Below, piece by piece: positions 20,256 through 29,193 of a DNA stretch of 64,000 nt (position 1 is its first letter; every line of letters begins with the position of its first letter). A program made the translations under genes and the position numbers. The DNA comes from Gemmatimonadota bacterium (GTDB lineage: Bacteria; Gemmatimonadota; Gemmatimonadetes; Gemmatimonadales; GWC2-71-9): assembly GCA_036679645.1 (NCBI GenBank), contig JAZDCY010000015.1, positions 1 to 64,000 on the forward strand, read 5' to 3'. Below the pieces are notes generated by a model. That model saw only the letters and a list, made by a program, of their open reading frames with translations. It did not search any database and was not told where the DNA came from.

Positions 20256-23200
20256 TCAACTCAACAGTACCGGCCCCTTCTTCAGGGCTTTCCGGATGTT
20301 CGCAGCCTGGCCTTCCAGCCATTCATTCAGTTCGTCCTCTGACCTAATGGTTGATCGGTCGATGTGAACCGTCTGGATCTCCGGCTCCAGTTTTCGGGCC
20401 GCCTCGACCAGGGCTTGCTGCACCCGGTTCGGCACGGCCGCGGCCTCGGCCCGTCGAGCCGAGAGTGGTTGACGATCGAGGCACTCGATCAGGGCGTCGT
20501 CAGATGACAGGTCCTCCTCCGGAGGAGCCTTGAAACGCACCTGGTCGAGTATCTCTTGGCGCACTGCCGGTTCCAGTTTCTTCCAGGTCTCGCTCTCGTC
20601 GAGCTGTCGCGCCCCCGCTTCGTGTGCCGAGGCCCAAGCCTCGTTGGCGGCGTTGAGCGCGGACCGGAGCGTGCCGGCAAGTGATGCGCGGATCGCGTTG
20701 GCCGGATCGCCAGGATCGAGGAGCATCCGGCCGGTGCGTACCGCCTCGACTTCTCTCGAGGCATCGGCGGCTTCCGGCAGGTCGGCCGCGAAGTGCGCCA
20801 GGCGTTCGACCGATCGCCATAACGGCAGTCGGCTCTCAGCGAGCGCGCTGGTTTCCTTCCAATCGGAAATCCACTTCTCGATCTGGGCCGCACGGTCCTT
20901 GATGGCAGCGAGTTGCTGGTTGCCAGCCATGCCCTTCAGGTCCTCGATGGGCGTGACCGAAGGCGGCTTGGGTAACGGCGGCTCACCCCCGGCCGCGCGG
21001 GCGAGCTGCAGGAGTTTCTCGAGAAACTCGGGCGCGCGGCTGGATTCCTCACCGGTCTTGCAGCTGACACCGAGTTGGCCGAACGGTCGAGCTGACCGAG
21101 TGGAACCGCAACACCGTTGAGTGTCGCCGTGAGATGCTGCGATCGGTGGAGAGCCAACAGGGCCGCATCGATCGCATCCTGCGGCCATCCGAAAGGCGCT
21201 GCCCGTAATTCCTTTCGAACGGCTGTTCCCGTTGCACCACTGCCGATCGTTCGTATCACTTCACGGGAAACAGGATGATCCTCGGTGCTTCCCGTATGAC
21301 CAATCGGCTGGAACGGCTGATCCGCGCCGTCCCGTGCGCGCTTGATGGCCGACCTCCACGCACTCGAACTGGCGTCCGCGTCGCCAAACCGCGGGTAGAG
21401 TCTCGCCAAGGATGCCTCGGCCGCTTCCCGAATCTTGTCGGCCAGCTCGAGTTGGAGGACCTCAGATCCACCACCCTGGAAGACCTTGGCGTTGCCGACC
21501 ACCTGCTTGACGAGGTCATCCCGCCGCCTCTGTGCCATGGCCTTGCGTCCCTCCAGGCTCTGACGGGCCAGCTGCCCCTCAGCGGTCGTCGGATGCCCAC
21601 GTTGGTTCAGGGTGTCTTCTGCGGCTTCGGTCTCGACAATCGCCGCCTTCAGGTCTTCGGCTGCCTGCCTCGGAACGAATACGTAGATGATGGGATCGTC
21701 CGAACCAGCCTTTCGGGCGGCCTCCACCATTTCCTTCTCGGGCGCCGACCATCCGTCCCGAATCCAGACAGGAATCCCGTCGCTCGGCAGGGCCGGTGGT
21801 GTCTGGTCCCGGTGGATGATCAGTTGCCGGGGATCCTTTGCTTGGCCGTGGAGCAACTTGACGGCGCCGATGATCCGGCCCGCCTCCGCATACAGGAGTC
21901 GATCCCGCTCGGCCTGCACCGTCACGTCGTCGTTGGCGAGCTTCGCCTGCAGGTTTCGAAAGGCCTTGTCCAGCGCCTCGCCCTCGCGGGTCTGGAGGCG
22001 GTACTCCTCGCCGAGCTGCATCAATACGCCCTTCTTGGCCAGCCGCTCGAGCGTCGTCTCCACGTCGTCGCGCAGCTTCCCGTTGTCGGCTCGCAGATCT
22101 TCCACCAGGAGGTCCGCCAGGTGTTCCTTGATGGCGCGGACACCGATGTCGGCGCCCGTCTGTCGTGGCAACTGTCCGATGAGGAAGACGAGACTGCAGA
22201 TTCGGTACGCCAGCTCTCCGTCGGGCGTGCCGTCCTTCACGCTGATGATCCGCTCGTTGATTTCGCGAAGTAGGACGCCGGTGTTTACCATCTCAGGTGC
22301 CAGCGCATCGTAGAGTTCGTCGGCGGGCACCACGGCTCCCAAAGGCTCATCGGCCACCTTGGCGACCGCGTCGTGAATGATCCGGAGCTGCGAGCGGAGC
22401 TGGCTGCTGGTGCCCGCGAGGTCAACAGTGCGGAAGCAGTGTTCCCAAAAACGCCGCCGCACGGGAAGAAGCGGATAGTCCTCGACGATAGTGCCACGAT
22501 CGTCGCCGGTCTCACCGATTTTCGTGCCCTGCAGTTGCCGGGAAACCTCGCCGGCATGGTCCTCGAGCACTTTTCGCACGTCGGCAACGGTGCTGGCTTT
22601 TTTCTGCAGCAACACCTTTCGCGTGACGACTTCCACATCTGTGTCGGAGAGCGTGACGCGAATCGTAAAGCGATCCAGCATCTTGTGAAGCAGGCGCATG
22701 TCGGAAAGCGCGCTCTGTCCGGCGCCCACGACGATGAGGTGGTTGTCGAGTTGTTTCGACAGTGCCTCCGTCACCTCGGTCACGAGCGCAGAGCGATCCA
22801 CCGAGTCTCCGATGTACTGCTGCACTTCGTCGAGGACTAGAATGGTGCAGGGCAAGCGCCCATCGTTTCCACGGAGCTGCATGACCCGCTTGGCCATGTT
22901 CAGGAACTCGCTCGTGGATATGTCGGTCTTCGGCTGGTCGAACTGCGCCCGGATTGTCTTACGGGCCTCCGCCTCGTTCGTGCCGAAGTTGGGGTCACAG
23001 GACAGCACCGCCCGGGCGAGGAGGCCGCTGACGTAGAGGTTGTTCAGCTCCACTTCCCACACCTTGCCGGCTGCCTCCACCGTCTTTCGGACCTGGTTGA
23101 GATAGCCCTCGTCGTGGAGCCACAGGCAGAACTTGGCCTGGGCGTACTGCTCGGGGAGTCCCGCGCCGCGAAGAAGCACGCTCAGCACCGTTTGTCTGAC

Positions 23201-23638
23201 ATTGTCGGTGCTACCGCTCAGGAGTGAGCCTGCCGCCGCCAGGAGTGACCCGGCTCGCTTTCCGGCGGTGTCCAGTTCACGGAGGAGAGCGATGATGTCG
23301 GCTGGAACGTGCGGGACGAGACTCCGCGCGGTGGACCCATCCTCGAAACTCGTATCGACCCACAGGTGACACAGCATCTTGAGCAGATGGGACTTGCCGC
23401 TCCCGAAGAACCCGCTTACCCACGCCGCCTTTTGGCTCGTGTGATTGAGATTCGTGAGGAACGACTGGAGAATCCGCTGGATCCCCTCCGCGTACTCACC
23501 CTCGCAGACGAACGTGGCCAGTTCGCCCTGCAACTCCTTGATCTCACGCTCCGTGGTTCGGTCCGCGATGCGGGCCTGTCCCTGATTGACCAGTGGATGG
23601 GTGGACGGATCTCGCTGAAGTGTGTCTTTGATCTTCAT
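20256..23638 (-). pseudogene. brxC: BREX P-loop ATPase BrxC, frameshifted at ~21085
   Basis: Walker A SGFFGSGKS, Walker B LVLDE, YPLLP and PFGWPQDAID. The frame switches after LGQLD. The C-terminal part (FGQLGVSCKTGEE...KKGPVLLS) is in another frame ending at 20256. Confidence 0.88.
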
Positions 23639-24198
23639 CGGGCTTCTCCCGAACCGTGCGCGGTGATGGGCACCGCCATGTAGTTCCAACCGTCGCGGGC
23701 GTCAAGCAGTCGATAGTTGTTGTGCTCGTACTGGCCCGGAAAGAAGACGACTAGGCGTCCCTTGATGTCGCGCTCAACGAGGCGCAGCACCTTCGAGAAG
23801 CGAGTCAATCCGAAAAGCGATCCAACGCCGAAGACGGCCACGACGGAGTTTTCCGTCGCGTCGGGGTTGGTGAGCGTCTCGCTGAGGTGTTCAGCCACTG
23901 CTTCCGCGAACTCCGCCTCCAGCTTCAGATCCAGGTCATCGGGTGTCTCGAAGTACGCGTCGCGGTACTCATCGTCCGCCATCCACCGCGCGAAGAAGCC
24001 CGTCAAGTCGACCTCGAACCACTCGTGCAAGCCCTTCTGCGTCTCCAATTCGAACAACTGCTTCCGGGCTCGAAGCGTGCGCTCGAGTTCCTTGTCGTAG
24101 ACGACCATAACGACCCGCTGGGCGCCGGCCACCGTCCGTTGCCACGGAGTGGCGATGTGCCGGCCGAACCGTTCCGCGACGTCTTCGATGCGTCCCAT
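23635..24198 (-). CDS. brxB: BREX protein BrxB (DUF1788)
   Basis: 187 aa with GRLVVFFPGQY..NNYRLLDARDGWNY. ATGA overlap with brxC. Confidence 0.85.
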   Translation of the reverse strand: MGRIEDVAERFGRHIATPWQRTVAGAQRVVMVVYDKELERTLRARKQLFELETQKGLHEWFEVDLTGFFARWMADDEYRDAYFETPDDLDLKLEAEFAEAVAEHLSETLTNPDATENSVVAVFGVGSLFGLTRFSKVLRLVERDIKGRLVVFFPGQYEHNNYRLLDARDGWNYMAVPITAHGSGEAR

Positions 24199-24200
24199 GC

Positions 24201-25010
24201 TCAGAATCCCTCAGACCACGGGTCTAATGGCTCGAACCCGATCTCCAGGACGTTTGACAACTCCCGGATGTCCAGCAGCCCCAGACGCTTAGCGTCGTTA
24301 GCCAAATCTCGGGCCCTACGGAAGTCTAGGTCCAACACCTGCACCCACCCTGATGTGAAGAGGGCGGTGCCTCGAAAACCCACCCGATGTGCCAGATAGA
24401 GTGCGAATGCCAATGCACCGGGACTCGGAGTGACCAGTCGGCGGACCTTGAACGTGCGGCCCTCAAGATGACCGGCCTGAGTCCAAGAACTTGCGGCGTT
24501 GCGCACGACCTTGTCGAGGATCGAGTCGTTTAGCCGATCGCGAACGGACTCCCGCAGGGCGTCTCGCATCCGGAGGCGCGAGAACTCCTCGCCGGCCCCC
24601 AGGGGAACGATGGCTTGAGCCGTCCCGGCCAGCAGTGGATCCCGAGCCAGGGCCGCCAGGAGCGCGAGCAGAGGCCGGCCCTCACTGTCGAGCGACCAGA
24701 GACGCCGAAGTACTCGGAAGATGGGGATGTTTGGATCCAGGCCGTATAGCTCCCCAAGCCGCTGATTGGTCAGCTTACGAGTGGCTCCGGTAGTCTTCCC
24801 CAGCAGGTTCTCGTCGACTATGGCACGGGTGTAATCCGCCCGTTTGGCCTCAGCTGGCGTCGAGGCCAGCAGGGCATCCAGCTCGGCCAGCATCATCGTG
24901 CGGCTGGTGTGCGTTCCTTTGTCTCCAAACCTGAATCCGGCCTGCTCGGCCACCTTTCCTGTTTGGCCCGTCTGGGGTAGGAATCCGGCAAAACCTGTCA
25001 CCACAGCCAC
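24201..25010 (-). CDS. brxA: BrxA-like first gene of the BREX operon
   Basis: Immediately upstream of brxB. Helical protein (GTHTSRTMML, ENLLGKTT..TR, RNAASSWTQAGHL). Family assignment is mainly by synteny and the start is uncertain. Confidence 0.6.
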   Translation of the reverse strand: MAVVTGFAGFLPQTGQTGKVAEQAGFRFGDKGTHTSRTMMLAELDALLASTPAEAKRADYTRAIVDENLLGKTTGATRKLTNQRLGELYGLDPNIPIFRVLRRLWSLDSEGRPLLALLAALARDPLLAGTAQAIVPLGAGEEFSRLRMRDALRESVRDRLNDSILDKVVRNAASSWTQAGHLEGRTFKVRRLVTPSPGALAFALYLAHRVGFRGTALFTSGWVQVLDLDFRRARDLANDAKRLGLLDIRELSNVLEIGFEPLDPWSEGF

Positions 25011-25067
25011 TTATAGATCCTCACTATTTGGGTTACAGCTGTTCTATCAGTAGGGGACAACATACTC

Positions 25068-25153
25068 GCCGGCAAACTTGCCGGCAAGTTCCTTGACACG
25101 TCTCGGCCATGCGTTAAATTGGTACGTGGTAGTTGGCCGGCAAACTTGCCGGC
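25068..25153. promoter_or_regulatory. Tandem palindromic operators flanking a sigma70-like promoter between brxA and rmuC
   Basis: GCCGGCAAACTTGCCGGC occurs at 25068-25085 and 25136-25153. Perfect palindrome AACTTGCCGGCAAGTT at 25075-25090. TTGACA at 25093 and TAAATT at 25115. Confidence 0.7.
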
Positions 25154-25197
25154 GCAGCGTGAGCGGTCCTTCGACATACGGCACCACGGAGTTGGCC

Positions 25198-26643
25198 ATG
25201 GAAACGGTAACTGTAGTAGTCAGCTTGCTTGGCGCCCTGCTCAGTGGCGGCGTGATCGGATGGTTCTTGGGGCGGGCGCAGGTAGCCCCGGTGCAGTCTC
25301 GCTTAGACGATCGTGACCGCGAGCTCCAGCGAGTTCGGGGCGAGGCCGCCGAGGCCGCGCGGAACCACGGTACCGAATCAGCCGGTCTTCGAGATCAGTT
25401 GCTCTTGGCGAACGGGGAACGGGAACGGCTGGACGCGGAGCTTGCGGCCGAGCGGCGTGCGACGACCGAGAAGCTCGCGGTGCTCGAGAACGCGCAGCAG
25501 CAACTTCGTGAATCGTTCGACGTGGCGTGTCATCAAGCCTTGCAGGCGAACAACCATGCGTTTCTGGATTTGGCGCAGACGAAGCTCGGCGAATTCAATC
25601 AGCTCGCGAAAGCCGACCTCGATGCGCGGCGGAAGTCGATTGACGAACTGGTGGCGCCCGTTCGCGACGGGCTCGACGCAGTGGGAGAGACGCTTCAGAA
25701 GCTCGACGTGGATCGCGCGGCGAGCGCGGCCCAGATCGAGGAGTCGCTGAAGCAGGTCTCCGAGCACAGCCGGGAACTGGCGGGAGAGACGAAGGTCCTT
25801 GTACGGGCCCTGCGACAGCCTACTTCGCGTGGTCGGTGGGGCGAGATGCAGCTTCGCCGCGTTGTCGAGCTCGCCGGCATGCAGGAGCACTGCGACTTCA
25901 CCGAGCAGCAGACCATCGCGACGGAAGATGGACGCCTTCGTCCCGATCTCCTTGTGCACCTGCCTCAGCAGAAGCTCGTGGTGGTGGACTCCAAGGTGCC
26001 GCTCGACGCATACCTCCAGGCGATGGAGGCGGTGGATGACGCGGTCCGGGACGAGGCGCTCGATCGCCACGTCGTGCAGGTGCGAGCCCATGTTGACACG
26101 CTGGCCAGCAAAGAGTACGCGACGCAGTTCGCGGAGACCCCGAACTTCGTGGTGATGTTCCTGCCCGGCGAGAGCATCTTCAGCGCTGCATGCGCGCGCG
26201 ATCCTTCGTTGATCGAGTACGCGATCGGGAAGAGTGTCATGCCCGCCAGCCCGACCACGCTCATCACGCTGCTGAAGGCGGTGGCCTACGGCTGGCAGCA
26301 GGAGCGGCTCGCCGCGAACACGGAGCAACTACGCGACCTCGGTCGATGCCTCTATGACCGCGTAAGGTTGCTGGCAGAGCATCTCGCCGACATCCGCGCA
26401 GGTCTCGAGAAGGCGGTCGAGGCGTACAACAAGACAGTGGGCTCCCTCGAGAAGCGTTTCTTGCCGGTGGCGCGAAAGCTCAAGGATCTCGGCGTTGGAG
26501 CTGACGGTGAGATTGAGGTTCTGGAGACCGTGACCGTTACCGCGAGCCTCCCGGCCGCTTCGGAGCTTGCCCCGGAGCAACCTCTCGATGGGGATGCTTC
26601 ACCGCGACGGTGGGGAGCGCGAGAGCGAAAACTGCCCACCTGA
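25198..26643 (+). CDS. rmuC: DNA recombination protein RmuC
   Basis: N-terminal TM helix and coiled coil. Motifs RGRWGEMQL, RPDLLVHLP, VVDSKVPL, FVVMFLPGE, SPTTLITLLKAV. Confidence 0.92.
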   Translation: METVTVVVSLLGALLSGGVIGWFLGRAQVAPVQSRLDDRDRELQRVRGEAAEAARNHGTESAGLRDQLLLANGERERLDAELAAERRATTEKLAVLENAQQQLRESFDVACHQALQANNHAFLDLAQTKLGEFNQLAKADLDARRKSIDELVAPVRDGLDAVGETLQKLDVDRAASAAQIEESLKQVSEHSRELAGETKVLVRALRQPTSRGRWGEMQLRRVVELAGMQEHCDFTEQQTIATEDGRLRPDLLVHLPQQKLVVVDSKVPLDAYLQAMEAVDDAVRDEALDRHVVQVRAHVDTLASKEYATQFAETPNFVVMFLPGESIFSAACARDPSLIEYAIGKSVMPASPTTLITLLKAVAYGWQQERLAANTEQLRDLGRCLYDRVRLLAEHLADIRAGLEKAVEAYNKTVGSLEKRFLPVARKLKDLGVGADGEIEVLETVTVTASLPAASELAPEQPLDGDASPRRWGARERKLPT

Positions 26644-26714
26644 CTCTTAGTGCCTGGATCACACACTTCGGCCCGACGGTTGTGACATAATGACCTTGCG
26701 TTATCTTCCATCCC

Positions 26715-27569
26715 ATGGAAGCAAACACAAGTTCAGTATCTCACCGAGGTGGGCTGTCGGCTACGAACCGGGTCAAACTGACCCGACTGCACCGAGAACT
26801 GCGGCACCCCTTCGGGGTGAGCGACGCGGCACCCGTGCTCGCGCTGAACGCAGTACGCGCGGGTCGTTTCCTCGCCTATCTCGCGTCGCGCGGGTGGCTC
26901 ACTAGAGTACGGCGCGGGCTGTACACCACGGTTCCGTTGGACGCGTCGGAGCCCTCCGATTGGCGCGTTGATCCGTGGGTCGTTGCTTCTCGTGCGTTCG
27001 AACCGTGCTACATCGGTGGGTGGAGCGCCGCGGAACACTGGGGACTGACCGATCAGCTGTTTCGTGTTGTGGTTGTCTTCACCGCGAAGTGGACCCGGAA
27101 TCGCAGGCCGACGATCCAGGAGATCTCATACCGCGTCAAGGTCGTCGAACTCCATCGTATCTTCGGCACGAAAAAGGTGTGGCGCGGCAACGTCCCGGTA
27201 CTGGTAGCCGATCCCTCCAGGACTATCGTTGACGTTCTGGATGACCCGCGTCTCGGCGGGGGACTACGTCATGTGGCAGAGATGCTGTCGGAGTATTTCT
27301 CCGGGGAGCACCGGTCCGAAGCTACGCTTCTCGAGTACGCCGCGCTGGTCGGCAATCGCTCGGTCTACAAGCGTCTGGGCTACCTCATTGAAGTGGTCGG
27401 TCTCGATGCCGCGGAACTCGTTGACGCCTGCCGTACACGAATGAGCTCAGGCGTTGTCCTGCTCGATCCGGGGTCACCGCGCCGCGGGAAGATCGTCACG
27501 CGCTGGCGAGTCCGGGTGAATGTCAGACTTCTGGGCGACTTGACCGGCGAGAAAGACTATAGTATATAG
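26715..27569 (+). CDS. Type IV TA AbiEi-family antitoxin / transcriptional regulator
   Basis: wHTH ending GWLTRVRRGLY, then YIGGWSAAEHWGLTDQ, DPSRTIVDVL and KRLGYL. Confidence 0.85.
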   Translation: MEANTSSVSHRGGLSATNRVKLTRLHRELRHPFGVSDAAPVLALNAVRAGRFLAYLASRGWLTRVRRGLYTTVPLDASEPSDWRVDPWVVASRAFEPCYIGGWSAAEHWGLTDQLFRVVVVFTAKWTRNRRPTIQEISYRVKVVELHRIFGTKKVWRGNVPVLVADPSRTIVDVLDDPRLGGGLRHVAEMLSEYFSGEHRSEATLLEYAALVGNRSVYKRLGYLIEVVGLDAAELVDACRTRMSSGVVLLDPGSPRRGKIVTRWRVRVNVRLLGDLTGEKDYSI

Positions 27570-27594
27570 TCTATAAGACTATGTAATATAGCTT
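27554..27594. promoter_or_regulatory. Two AT-rich inverted-repeat operators 22 bp apart
   Basis: AGACTATA-GTA-TATAGTCT (27554-27572, perfect) and AGACTATG-TAA-TATAGCTT (27576-27594). TTGACC at 27540. Confidence 0.7.
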
Positions 27595-27612
27595 TGTTCT
27601 GACATAACCTCT

Positions 27613-28191
27613 ATGAAGCTCACCGGACCAGCCGCAATCGTGTCGGCTCTATCCGCCGTAGGCGAGCGACTTGCTCACGCGAACGAACCCTGCGCCATCG
27701 TCGTGCTGGGCGGTGCCGCGATGAACCTCCTGGGGATCGTGGACCGCCCGACCATTGACGTTGACGTGCTCGCGCGGGCCGACTCTACCGGTTCCATCAG
27801 CCCGCCGGACCCGCTGCCGGGCGCGCTGCAGCGGGCGATAGCCGCGGTGGCCCGCGACCAGGGCCTGCTGCAGCACTGGATGAATACGACGGTCGCCGAC
27901 CAGTGGCGATTCGGCTTGCCCCCGGGCCTCGCGGACCGAATCGAATGGCGGTCATACGGAGCGTTGCGGGTCGGTATCGTTGGGCGGCGCGACCTCGTTT
28001 GTTTCAAGCTTTACGCATCGGCCGACCAGACGGGGCCCGACAACGTGCACGTCCGCGACCTCGTCGCCCTCGAGCCGACCGACGAGGAGCTCGAGCGGGC
28101 TGCCGAGTGGGTCCGCGAGCAGGATTCCTCCGCTCAGTTCCATGAAGTCGTCGGCAAGGTGGTGGCCTATGTCCAAGACGCGCTTCGCTAG
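27613..28191 (+). CDS. DUF6036-type nucleotidyltransferase (putative type IV/VII TA component)
   Basis: VVLGGAAM....RPTIDVDV (Pol-beta NTase G[GS]...DxD), HWMN, KLYA and H..DL..L. Confidence 0.8.
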   Translation: MKLTGPAAIVSALSAVGERLAHANEPCAIVVLGGAAMNLLGIVDRPTIDVDVLARADSTGSISPPDPLPGALQRAIAAVARDQGLLQHWMNTTVADQWRFGLPPGLADRIEWRSYGALRVGIVGRRDLVCFKLYASADQTGPDNVHVRDLVALEPTDEELERAAEWVREQDSSAQFHEVVGKVVAYVQDALR

Positions 28192-29101
28192 CATTGCGCG
28201 AGCGCTCGGCGACGCTGCGGCCGCCGCGGCCTGGATCCAGTGGCAGGCGCTGGGCGGCCAGGCTGCGGCGCCCCGCTCGCCATCGGCGATCGTGGATCCG
28301 GAAGCGCTCGTTTTGTTCTCCCTCTGGCTCGCGGACGACGAGCCGCGCTTGCGCGACTTTCTCGCGGGGTTCGCGAAGTTGGGATCGCGTCTCCTCAGCG
28401 TTCAGCGGCTGAAGCGCGTCATGCGTCTCTACCCGGCTGACGCTGATGTGCGCGTTGCCGACTTCGCTGCTCGGATCGAAAGCTCCGGTAAAGACCCCAG
28501 GTGGCGAAAACTGGCGGGACAAGCTCCCAGCGGTTCGAGCCGGCCCGGTAAGGTGGCGCCTGCCTCATTGAGGATGGGCGAACCGGGCTCTCTCATGCTG
28601 CGACTGCGGACGGCGTTCGGCATCGATGTCCGCACCGATACGCTCACCTATCTCATCGGACGCCGGGAAGTGTGGACCGACGTGAAGGAGATTTCCGAGG
28701 CGCTCCACTACGCGAAATACTCCGTGCGCCTCGCCTGTGAGGCGTTGGCCGATGCCCGGCTGATCGAGTCCCGCGCGGACCGGCCAGTCAGGTACTACGC
28801 CAATCAGACACGGTGGTCCACATTGCTCGACCTTGCGGACACACCCCCGTGGCATCCCTGGGCTACTGTCTTTGCCTTCGTGCTGCGTCTTCAAGAATGG
28901 CTCCGCCAACCACGCATCGACACGGCCTCTGCCACACTCGCGGCATCGCTCGCACGCGAGTTCATGCTCGAGCACGGGAAGGTTCTGACAGACGTTCAGC
29001 TCGACATGCCCGACGACCGGGATCACCTCGGCGAGGCATATCTACCCGCGTTTGAGCACACGGTGATGGCGCTTGCGCAGTGGCTGCGGGAGAACGTGTA
29101 G
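28169..29101 (+). CDS. Hypothetical HTH-containing partner of the DUF6036 NTase
   Basis: Overlaps the NTase stop. [18 protein letters not shown] and [14 protein letters not shown] precede a wHTH-like segment ([22 protein letters not shown]). Confidence 0.7.
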   Translation: MSKTRFASIARALGDAAAAAAWIQWQALGGQAAAPRSPSAIVDPEALVLFSLWLADDEPRLRDFLAGFAKLGSRLLSVQRLKRVMRLYPADADVRVADFAARIESSGKDPRWRKLAGQAPSGSSRPGKVAPASLRMGEPGSLMLRLRTAFGIDVRTDTLTYLIGRREVWTDVKEISEALHYAKYSVRLACEALADARLIESRADRPVRYYANQTRWSTLLDLADTPPWHPWATVFAFVLRLQEWLRQPRIDTASATLAASLAREFMLEHGKVLTDVQLDMPDDRDHLGEAYLPAFEHTVMALAQWLRENV

Positions 29102-29117
29102 GGAGGTTTAGGTCGCC

Positions 29118-29147
29118 GCATCTCCGCGTCTATGCGTCTCCGCGTCC
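29118..29147. repeat. 8-nt periodic repeat, right arm only, at the island boundary
   Basis: gcatctcc-gcgtctat-gcgtctcc-gcgtcc. Confidence 0.5.
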
Positions 29148-29193
29148 AGACGGTACATTCCTGCCGCCTAATTCCGCCAATTCCGAGGTCCCA

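Noticed and set aside
21060..21110. Programmed ribosomal frameshift in brxC (and in the BamA-like or PPC genes)
   Set aside because: No slippery heptamer or stimulatory structure is visible, and residues appear to be missing, which fits deletion better.
11357..29193. Calling the defence island a prophage or ICE with att sites
   Set aside because: No integrase, transposase, phage or conjugation genes, and no direct repeat found by eye at the two boundaries.
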